Shown in pieces: positions 13,259 to 23,044 of a stretch of DNA of 64,000 bases (the first letter of the stretch is position 1; every line of letters begins with the position of its first letter). The notes under the pieces are model-generated. The model was not told where the DNA came from. It searched no databases and worked only from the letters and a program-made list of their open reading frames with translations. Both the position numbers and the translations under genes were made by a program. Source of the stretch: Phaeosaccion multiseriatum (taxonomy: Eukaryota; Protista; Ochrophyta, other classes); assembly GCA_965112735.1 (NCBI GenBank), contig OZ218951.1:3286001-3350000 (forward strand), given 5' to 3'.

Positions 13259-14295
13259 CAGTAGTAGTAGTAGCAGTAGCAGCAGCAGTAGAGTAGTAGC
13301 AGAGTAGTAGCTAGGGGGGAGGGGGAGCAGGATTAGCAGCAACAGGGGTGAGTGAACTCGTTCCTCTCACGCAGCCCACAGGCCAGCCCAGGCTACATCG
13401 TCGCGCATCCCGGCTGCCAAGACCCTCCCTCCACACACACTCGCTTGAGGATCTTCCTCACTCACCTCTGGAGGAGACGACACGCGAAGTAATTAGCGCG
13501 GGGGGGTGGTTGTGGGGGAGGCGTGTGAGGCGGGCAGACTGCACTCCCAGCAAGCGAGCATGGCCGAGGCAGACAGAGTGAAGCAGCGATTGGCACCAGC
13601 CACCCCCCGCGGGGCGGGGAGAGGAACAAAAGTCGGAATGAAACCCCCTGCCTCGACTCACCGACACATGTGATTCCGTCCCACCTAAACCCGTCGTTAC
13701 AGGTGCAAGTGTAGGAGGCTACCGGGGCCTCCGTAAGTTGCTCGCACTGGGCGTTGACGTCGCAGTTGTTGGGGCTGTCGGTGCAGTGGCCTTCAGCTGG
13801 GGACAGTAGACACGCAAGCAGCAAGCAAGAGAGAGGCAACACACGCACACGCAAGCAACAAGCAAGAGAGAGGGGAAGTGGGGAAGTTGCCATTCGCTGC
13901 TTAAGCTGATGGCTGGGAGGGGAAAGCTCTCAACCAACAACGGAGACGAGACGTGACGTGGACACGTCCAGGCAGGAGCCTTCGAGGAGGAGGAGGAGGA
14001 GGAGGAGGAGGAGGAGGAGGAGGAGGAGGAGGAGGAGGAAGAGGAGAAGGGGAAGAAGCAGGAGAAAAGGAGAAAAAGGTGGGGGGGAGGGGGGGGAGGA
14101 GGTGGTGGTGGTGGTGCACGAGGAGGAGGAGAAGAAGAAGAAGAAGAAGAAGAAGAAGAAGAAGAAGAAGAAGAAGAAGAAGAAGAAGAAGAAGAAGAAG
14201 AAGAAGAAGAAGAAGAAGAAGAAGAAGAAGAAGAAGAAGAAGAAGAAGAAGAAGAAGAAGAAGAAGAAGAAGAAGAAGAAGAAGAAGAAGAAGAA

Positions 14296-14327
<32 letters not shown>

Positions 14328-17300
14328 AGAGGAATACACGTGTTGCTATCGACACTCTCCCTGGCTAGCTACGTCCTACGTCCACCTGCTCCCTCTCGAT
14401 CTTCATCCTCCCTTGCACGGCAGACCAGACATAGCTACGAGCCGCCCAGACAAGAAGAAGGCACACAACCGTGGACGGGCAACACACCCCTCCCTCCAGT
14501 CACGCAAAAGGGCCATGCATCGCTTCGCCTCACAGCCCAGGGTAGGACACACAGCACACTAGTTCACAAAGCAAATCAATCTCTTTCTTCCTTGACTTAC
14601 CAGTGACAGGACATATCTCGATGCCAAGAGGGCTTCGTATCAGTCAAGGGGGGGGGGAGGGGGCAGTCGAGGCCATCATTATTCGCAGCGAACCACGCAC
14701 AGCAATGCGGACGCGGGGAAAGCCTCTTCAGTCGTCAGCTTACAGGGATGAGCAAGGGGGGTATGATGGTGCCACTCAGAAGGACAACACAAGGAGTAAA
14801 TGATGGAGGAAGCAGGAGCAGCTTGCCCAGCTACGACTCACCAAACGCCATCCGGAGCGACCGGAAGGCAGCACGCTTTGTCGGCGCGGGTGGATACCTG
14901 AGTGTGGCCCCATACACAGCGCAGGAGCAGAGAGTGGAAGCAGGAGGGGCAGGTTCACAGAGGAAGAGACAGTCCAAGGGGGGTGCCAAGAACAAACCCC
15001 TTGGTTGTACTGTACTGCAAGCAAGCTCATTACGAAGTGGCCCTACGTCCTCATCCTCAGCACGCCAGAGTCACTGTCATCAAAAGAAAGAAGGCACCGC
15101 TTTGGCTGCACTACTGTTGCTCCACTAGCTACGATACTGGCTGGGCGGCCCAGCGACTCGCCACCCTCTTCCTCCACTCGTGCACGCACCTTCAGCCTTT
15201 TACAGGCATAGGCCGTCTCGCATTTGGCGGTGGAGTCCCCGTACAGCTCAGCACTCTGAGAGGGGCACAGGCCGGTCGGGAAAGCAGCACGCCTCAGCCA
15301 AAGGCGGCGGGGCAGGCCAGAGAAGAGGGTGTGGCGAACGACGGACTTACCACACAGGAATAGCCTCCAGTGCAAGCAGCACTCGACGTGTCATATAGAC
15401 GCGCGTCCTGCCATCCATGCGTGTTTCGAAACAGTTGAATGGGGCGGGGCAACGAAGGGCGGGCGGACAGGCAGACAGGCTCGAGTTTAGTTCAAGGCTG
15501 GCCGGGTAGGCGTTGCACCATACTCCAAACTGCCTTTCCAATCGCCTTCTGGTCAGACTCATGACTGAGAACGAAGGGGCACACGCACGCACGCCTCAGC
15601 CAAAGGCGGCGGGGCAGGCCAGAGAAGAGGGTGTGGCGAACGACGGACTTACCGAACAGGATGCCCCTCCAGTGCAAGCAGCACTCGACGTGCCCTTGAA
15701 TATCGCTTCCTGCGGATGGGGTGATGCAAACGATATAGAGAAAGAACAGGCATGAGCTACACGCTTAGCAAGGTTAGTCAGGCCTCCAGAGAGCGACTAA
15801 CGAAGGGGCTCGTGCAGTCACCCTTGTCCTTGTAGGACTCACAGAGCATCCCTGCCCTACGCTGCACGTCACTGGGCAGTTCTGCGCACAGGGGTTCACG
15901 TCGCATGAAGAAGGAGGGGCCGTCGTCGCCGGTCCAGAGCAAACAGCAGGCCGGCCAGGATACGGCAGGGAGACCAACCAGGCGTGCGAGCAGAGAGGCG
16001 GCGAGAGAGAGGCGTAAGACAGCGAACAGTAGCGATCTCCACAACAGAACCCCCACGCCGCTGTACCGCTCCTGGCTGTAGCTACCCTCTCCTATCACCA
16101 CCACATCCTCTCCATCGGCAGCGGGTGCCCCCCACCCCCCCCTTAACCCCGGTCTCTCGCTAGAGGACCTGACTGTAGCCCAACAACCACACCAAGCCTT
16201 GGAGTTATCAAAGGAGCATGCCGCAAGGCTTGCTCTTCGAGGTCGGCAACCAAATGGAGGCGGCAGGAGAGTCAAGTGCAGCAGGAGACAGGCCTTCTGC
16301 CTGCGCTCGCTCACCTTGAAGGTCACCCCCTGGCGGTACCAGTCCATAACGGAGAATGGTTTCAGTGTTCGTCCGTTCGCACACAGCAGCAGGAGCCGAG
16401 GGGCAGGCAGCCCAGGAAGCCATATGGTGCCATGTGGACGCGAGGAAGACAAAGTTGTGCTGTCCAGCGGGAGACGGCACGGTGAGGGAGGAGGAGCCGC
16501 AGCCGTTGGGACGCGGGAGGCAAGGAGATCAGCCAGCCACAGACAGAGAGGAGAAGCGAGCCCGGCACGAAGGGAAGGGTCGCGTGACATGCCGAACACG
16601 CAAGGAGGGGCAGCGACACAAGTCAAGGAGGGGAAGGGCGGTAGGGGGGGGGTGAGTCTCGTGTCTTGTGACGTACGGTGAGGCTTCGAAGCAAGGATCA
16701 CCCAAATAAACGTTGGGAAGAACCACCGAATCAACAAGCCGCAGCAGAAACACACAGCAATCCAAGTCACACATGGTTCTTGACTGCGAGCGGTAACAAG
16801 GCGACCATGAAGCTGGAGAGACACGCACCTTGCAAGACCTGCCGTCACGCGCGGGGATGTTGGGCGGACCCGAAGGTGGGTACGGATCAACATCACACAC
16901 GATGGGAACGGTCGAGTCCGGCTGGCATTCACAAGTCAAAGGGTCGTCCCTGGCCGGCCCGCCTGACACCTCGCCCCCCACAGCAGCGCAGGCCATGTAA
17001 AAATACACTCCTTTGTCAGTCATGCAACAGGGAGGGGGTAGCGGGTGGGAGAGCACCGGAAGGAGAAAAAAGAGAAGGAGGTCAGAGCGAGCAAGAAGAG
17101 AATTTCGAGAAACGCGAAGAGCAACTTGAGCAGGGGGAGGGGTAAGCAGGCTGGAGGAGGAGAAGGAGAAGAAGAAGAAGAAGAAGAAGAAGAAGAAGAA
17201 GAAGAAGAAGAAGAAGAAGAAGAAGAAGAAGAAGAAGAAGAAGAAGAAGAAGAAGAAGAAGAAGAAGAGCACGAGGAGGAGGAGGAGGAGGAGGAGGAGG

Positions 17301-18558
17301 ACGAGGAGGAGGACGAGGAGGAGGACGAGGGGAGGAGGAGGAAGAGGGGAGGAGGAGGACGAGGAGAAGAAGGAGGAGGAGGAGGAGGAGGAGGAGGAGG
17401 AGGAGGAGGAGGAGGAGGAGGAGGAGGAGGAGGAGGAGGAGGAGGAGGACGAGGAGGAGGAGGAGGACGAGGAGAGGCAGGAAACAAGCGACTGAAGACC
17501 GGGCTCAGGGCGATATTTGTTAGTAGCGGAATCTTCATCTTCATGCTATTAAAAGGATACCGTCATTATCCGGGCTGCTGACGACTTGCCTGTCAGAGCC
17601 AGGGCACAGAAGCAGAGGCAGCGAGGGTGGAGGGCGGAGGGCATCGACATGTTAGACGGAGGCATCGCTCGCATGCACTAGAGGTGAAGCGCTATCTGCA
17701 CTTTGTGTAGGCAGCAGGAAGGGTGGTTCAGTAAAGTGAGGAGAAAAGGGTCCAGCCAGCCAATACGGGTACACTTACTTGCCGGGACCTTGACACAGGC
17801 GAGCAGGCAGAAGAGGAGTGCGCAGTTGTCCCAAGGGCCGTCATCCGCGGAGCCATCCGAGCGAACGCACATGCGGTCGAACAGGGCAGGAGGCGAACAG
17901 CCCGTGTGAGGAGAGAATCAACACCATCACAGCAGCCATCCAGACATGAGAGCAGGCAAGAAGTGGGTGGGAGTGAAAGTAGGAGCAGGCGTCAGGGTCA
18001 AGTGGTGACCGCGAGATATCAAAGCAGAGAGCCCTGTCGCAGCAGGAGGAGGAGGAGGAGGAGAAGGGGGATGGCAGTGGAAGGGAGCGGGAGGAAAGGC
18101 CGGCAGGGGGCTAAGGAGGAGGAGGGCAGGGGCAATAAAGCAGCACAATGATGAATCGCAAGCAACAGGGCGCTGGAGTGGCCCTCACTCAAGCTGCGCA
18201 GCTCCTACCAAAGTGAGAGAGGACTGCCTCAGTGAAAGGAATGGGTGAGAAGGTTCTTCGAGAGCCAATCCGCTCGCACAAACAACGCGGAGGGGAATTG
18301 AGTACTGCGGTGCTCAACACGCAGCAACGCTGATGTCTATTCGCTCGCTTGGGTTGAGGAAGAAGCTTCGTGTCAAGCAGACCTGCTACTAGGCTAACCT
18401 GTTGCGCCTCGGAGCCCAAGAAACTGCTCTCCAACAAAGAGCGCCAACAGCGCCAGCAGCAGCAGCAGCCACCCCCGCCAAGAAGATGACTTGATGGTGT
18501 TCAAGAAGGGGCCGGAGAGGTGGCAGATAGAACGAAGGGAGTGGCACTGGGCGGGCAT
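998..18558 (-). CDS. Large modular secreted/cell-surface Cys-rich protein: signal peptide + [Cys-rich solenoid-like domain + EGF] x >=4, built from micro/mini-exons; 3' end lies beyond the left edge
   Basis: Manually spliced with GT-AG sites. Leftmost unit: 4435-4301 (EGF, phase 1-1), 4102-4101, 3527-3524, 3221-3046, 2531-2517, 2399-2376, 1974-1936, 1801-1745, 1650-1585, 1291-1236, 1029-998 = 606 nt, open frame: AEGHCTDSPNNCDVNAQCEQLTEAPVASYTCTCNDGFRWDGITCAEPFFSTACTAVGGVVSGGQATDDPLTCECQPDSTVPIVCDVDTDTPSGSPDIPARDGRSCR-GVTFQ-AWCGCWIT-NCPVTCSVEHGCE-EVKFEGTSSAACTEATSCL-GAELYGDSIAKCEAAYACVWLK-VITRAGKACCLPVGPDGV-CPLYVEICPVT. Exon length differences between modules are multiples of 3 (176/179/182, 66/63, 56/62) and Cys are invariant. 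The 24-nt exon acceptor and the single-gene linkage are inferred. Confidence 0.72.
3569..3938. repeat. (GTA)n/(GCA)n degenerate microsatellite; equivalents at ~8814-9070 and ~12942-13310
   Basis: Direct inspection. It lies between the candidate 2-nt and 4-nt microexons, and its frame is not conserved between units. Confidence 0.93.
4301..4435 (-). CDS. EGF-like domain exon, copy 3 (135 nt, phase 1-1)
   Basis: Same six-Cys EGF pattern and splice sites. Bases 1-25 match the intron end preceding these exons, implying a fourth copy just off-window. Confidence 0.85.
6111..7073 (-). repeat. 302-bp tandem exon+intron duplication carrying four 57-nt cassette exons
   Basis: Exons 7073-7017, 6771-6715, 6469-6413, 6167-6111, each cag|...|gtaagt and spaced exactly 302 bp apart. 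Confidence 0.92.
9426..9560 (-). CDS. EGF-like domain exon, copy 2 (135 nt, phase 1-1)
   Basis: Same six-Cys EGF pattern and splice sites as 13662-13796. Confidence 0.85.
13662..13796 (-). CDS. EGF-like domain exon, copy 1 (135 nt, phase 1-1)
   Basis: ccccag|CTGAAGGCCACTGC...TGTGTCG|gtgagt; six-Cys EGF pattern CTDSPNNCDVNAQC...YTCTCNDGFRWDGITC. Confidence 0.85.
15351..15709 (-). repeat. 302-bp exon+intron duplication carrying two 57-nt cassette exons
   Basis: Exons 15709-15653 (EAIFKGTSSAACTGGASCS) and 15407-15351 (DARLYDTSSAACTGGYSCV), 302 bp apart. Confidence 0.9.
18399..18558 (-). CDS. Probable first exon (signal peptide/hydrophobic leader) of the modular Cys-rich gene
   Basis: ATG 18558, MPAQCHSLRSICHLSGPFLNTIKSSSWRGWLLLLLALLALFVGEQFLGLRGAT, then ACAG|gttagc donor in phase 1, matching the phase-1 start of exon 17010-16829 (GVYFYMACAAVGG...). 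Confidence 0.55.
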
Positions 18559-19570
18559 GGCCACCAGGCAGAAACAGCAGGGCAAGAAAGAAGGGAGGCA
18601 GAGCGAGGCAGGGATTCAATAAGTCAGTAGGCTAGCCAGGCAGAGAAGAACCTTCAGGAGCTCAAGAAGGCCCGGCCGGAGGAGTGCGAGCGACTAGTGA
18701 GCAATTTCCAGATGTTGCCATGGTTGACGGCTGCCCCCCTCGCTCGACTCGCTCCGCCCCCCCGAAGTCAAGCAATGCTCCTCTCGCCGCGCCCCCCCCC
18801 CCTCCCCAGCAGCCACCGGCCTAGTCACTAGGCACGCACCTCCCACCACCCCCCTCGGTCTCTTTCTGGCTCCGTGCTAATCAACGCACCTGACACATCC
18901 TGCTGGCAGTAATAGGCTGATCCGCGTCTGTTGCTTGACTTGGCCCCCGGCCGCTCTCGGCCGGCCGGTAGCTACGAGCGACGCCGCCGCCGGTACCAGA
19001 TCCAACAACAACGCTGGCGGAGGGGTAGCTAAGGGAGCGAGCAAGCAGTCATGGTGCGAGTATAACGATGGTGAGAGCGTGGCTAGATAGGTCAGGTCAA
19101 CGCCAGAGGGAAATTTGCTTGTAATCCCCTTCAAGAAGGAAGCGGGGCGGAGAGTAGCTACATCACGCAAAAGTTGGAGGAGGGATGACCGACGCAGGCA
19201 GCTCTTTCCTTTCTTTCAGCAGAAAAAAGGGAACTGGGGGGAGGGGGGGGGGGGGCGGGGCTTTTCATGACAGTGCGATCACAGTGCCATCTCCTCTCCC
19301 CCCGATTTTCGATTGCTTGTGCTTTTTGCTTGCTCGCTCACTCACCACAGCTTGTGGGAACAAGAGAGATGTCGGGGTGTATACCCAAATTTCCTAATTG
19401 AGAGATTGTCAAAAATGTTCCCAGGGAAGAAGGGGTGAGAATCCGAAGATGATCGAAGAACGCGTGCCAATTCAGTTTCCGTTTCCGCTCAGTTTCGAAT
19501 TTCATGACATATTCTCGGTTGCTCGTTCACCCACACGGAGCAGAGCTGAAGCACGTAGCAGGTAGCCACC

Positions 19571-22500
19571 ATGGCTACCACTCGAGCTGCTGCAGCTGCA
19601 GCAGCGGCCTCCCTCAGTGTCGGGAGCCGTGTCACCGTTAACGCGAAACCTGGAAAGATCAAGGTGAGAGAAGAGAGGAAGGGGGGGGGGTTTGAAGGAG
19701 GGGTGACTTTTGTTTGGCTTTGTACGCAGTCGTCTCTCCCCGCCGATATAGAGGGGATGGCAGAGCTCCTCTTTGAGTAGCACTCCTGACCTAAGTGCAT
19801 CCTCCTCTGCTCTCAAGGGCATTTATCTCGCCTCCCTGCCTCAACCCCTGTCTCTGCTTGTTTGATTTGTCAATCGATCAGTTCATTGGCACCACCGAGT
19901 TCGCTCAGGGCGAGTGGATTGGGGTTGAGCTTGATCAGCCAGACGGAAAGAATGACGGTTCGGTCCAGGACAAACGGTGAGTGGAAGGAAGGGTCAAAGG
20001 AGGAGGAGACGAGAGTATGAATGCGAATCAGTCTTCGTTCAATTGGCAATCTCTCCAAAGGGGCAAAGGAAGGGGTACGCTACAGAAGCCTTGGCGGGTG
20101 GATCCTAGTGAGTATTGCTGCTGCCCGCATCGCAGCACTGGGTGGGATGCTTCTTTTGTTCTTCGTGCTATTACTATTACCCCCCCGTATCTCCTTCCCT
20201 CTTTCCCCCCTCTCTCCCTCTGTGCCCCGCGCTATTCACTGTGAGCCCTCACTTCGCCTACATTATGGTCGTTCCCCCCCCCTCCCTCCCCGGGCCAGGT
20301 ACTTTGAATGCAAAGAGGCTCATGGGCTCTTTGTCAAGAGGGAGCAGGTGAAGCCCGAGAGGACATCTCGTCTCCCCACCTCACGCATCACGCGAAGCTC
20401 TAGCAGGGCGGCGAACTCCGCGGGCACGGCAGCAGGCACGGCCTCAATCACTTCGTCTGTAGCGGGATCTCCGTCTCCTGTACCATCTCCCCGCTCAACG
20501 GCCTCCTCCTCTTCGTTTGCGACGACGACATCTGCATCGCAACCTTCTTCTACGGCTGCGGATTCGGCGGTGGCCCCCAGTGCTGCTACTGCTACTGCTA
20601 CTGCTACTGCTACTGCTGCTGCTGCTCCTTCCGCGAAAGGCCCCTCCGCCGCGGTGTCTCGCCTTGCCGCCCTCCGAGAAAAGAACAAGGCCCTGAAAGA
20701 CTCGTACACAAGCTCCAGGCGGAACAGTTCAGGAGGCGCCTCTCCCAGTGGCTCTCCCGGTGGGGAAGGGAAAGGGGGCGGAGGAGGAGGAGAAGGAGGA
20801 GGAGGAGGAGGAGGAGGGGAAGGCAGCAGGGAAGGGGAAGGGGAGGTGGGAGGAGCCAATGTCTCTGACGCTGGTGTCGGTACCGCCACTCCTCCTTCCA
20901 AGAGGTCGACTCGCGTGACTGAGGCGTTGTCACCGCCCAGAGGCTCGTCTCCCTCCTCCTCCTCCGGGAAGAAGGTGGCGGCAGGGACAGCGACAGCCGC
21001 CGCGTCTGAAGCCGTCGGGGGTGCTGTAGGCGGCAAGAGACCAGAGAGGCGAGCCGCTACCGCCACCGCCGCCGCCGCGGGGAGTGTCACTGCTTCTGCT
21101 GCGAGTCGTCGGGGTGCTGCTGCTGTTGGCTCGTCTGGAGGAGACTCTCGCACAGCAGCAGCAACAGCAGCAGCAGCTGCTGCTGCTGCCGCCGCCGCCG
21201 CCGAGGAGAGAGAGAAGAAGCTCCAGGAGCAGCTCTCTGCCGCCGAGGAGCAAGTCAAGGACCTGTCTCGCCAACTCAGCACCAAGGCGCAGGCCATGGA
21301 GGAGCTCGCGGTGCAGGCCCAAGAGGCCAACAGCTCCAGAGAGGCGGCGGAGGAACGGATGAGTGCGGCGGAGGCCAGCCTCGCGGAGATGGAGCAAATG
21401 GCCTCCGGGAGCGCCGCTGAGACTCCAGCCAAGGGCAAGGGGGGAGGGGAAGGGGAAGGGGGAGAAGGGGGGCAGCAGGCTCCTGCTACTCCTCAAACGC
21501 CGGCGAAGAGTAGCGCCTCTTCTTCTTCTTCGCCCTCCTCCTCCGCCACTCCGGTGTCCGTTTCGAGGAGTCCGGCAGGTAACGTTGTAGGGCACCATTA
21601 CCACCACCACCACCATCACCACCACCACCACCATCACCTCACCCCACCCCGCCGTCCTCCCTCCTCTTGTCCTCCCATCTCCCCAAGCAGCCGCACCCCC
21701 CGAGATGATGGTGGAGCTCGCAGAACTGCGCATCAAGGCCCGACAAGTCGCTGAGCTGAGCGTCCGTTGCGAGCAGATGGACGCACTGCAGCTGGAGCTT
21801 CAGGACAGTCAAAGGAGCCTTCGGAAGGTGGAGGCAGAGCTCGGGCAGCTGAAAAGTAGGCAGGAGGCGGCAGCGGTGGATGAAAAGACCAAGTTGGGGC
21901 AAATCGCCAAGGAGAAGGCGCACGCAGCGTCGGTGAGTGAGTGAATGTGTGTGTGTGAGTGAGAGTGTGAGTGAGTGGGTGAGTGTGAGTGAGTGGGTGA
22001 GTGTGAGTGAGTGGGTGAGTGAGTGGGTGAGTGAGTGGGTGAGTAAGTCAGGGAGTTTGAAGCGTGTTCTCTCCCCCCCCCCTCCTCAACACGCCCTGTG
22101 ACTTGCACCATCCCATCCTATCCCCCCTGCCTCCCTCACTCACGCACTCCCTCACTCCCTCCCTCCCTCACTCACACACTCCCTCCCTCACCCACTCACT
22201 CACTCACGCACTCACGCACTCACTCACTCCATCCCTCCCTCCTTCCCCTCCCTCTCTCCCTCCCTTCCCCCCTCCCTCCCCACCCCCACCCCCACCCCCA
22301 CGCCCAGGCCGAGAGGAAGACCAAGGAGCTTGAGGAGCAATTGGCGGAGCTCAACGATGCGGTGGAGGCCCTCACACTCGACAAGGAGCAGCTGGTGAGT
22401 GATGAGTCAGGGTTGGCCCTGACATGCCCATGTGCCTGTTGGGCCCGTTTGTCTGCCATCCACTACATCCTCTACACACCCGCTACCGCACATACCCTCC

Positions 22501-22981
22501 CCACTCCTCGCTCTCACCTCCACCCCCCCCCACCTTGCCCTCTCCCTCCCCTTCCCTCCCCTCCCCTCGCCCCGCCTCGCCTCGTCCTCTCCCCCTCCCC
22601 CCTCCCAGGTGATGGAGAAGGAAGAGCTGCAGGAGGAGAAGGACGAGCTCTCTATCGAGCTTGAGTCTGCGCAGCTTGACCTTGAACACGCACAGCTCAC
22701 TCAGCAGGAGAACAGCAGCAACATCCCGGCGGCATCCTCCGCAGCGCTGGACAGGGAGGGAGGAGGAGGACAGGGGGGGCCAGAGTTGAAGCAGCTCGTG
22801 CATCAGAACGGGCAGCTCAAGGAGGTGAGTGAGTGAGTGAGTGGACATGATTAAGGGATGGGGATGGGACGGGATGAGATGGGAGGGGAGGGGAGGGGAG
22901 AGGATGAAGGGTAGTCCATACCGCTGTGAGAGCGACACGATGCGACCACAGCGCTCTCGTGCGGTGCCTACTACTACTACG

Positions 22982-23044
<63 letters not shown>

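Larger units (their letters stand above)
1..17010. repeat. Tandem array of ~4.2-5.1 kb units (four Cys-rich modules, three complete EGF segments)
   Basis: Shared anchors recur: gggaagttgccat at ~13, ~4520, ~9645, ~13881, and gacactctccctggctag at ~748, ~5132, ~10133, ~14351. The ORF track repeats the same peptides in each unit. Confidence 0.97.

Noticed and set aside
1-17010. Transposon, LTR element or satellite explanation for the array
   Set aside because: No transposase/RT/integrase motifs or terminal repeats seen; frame-preserving exon indels and invariant Cys indicate a coding repeat.
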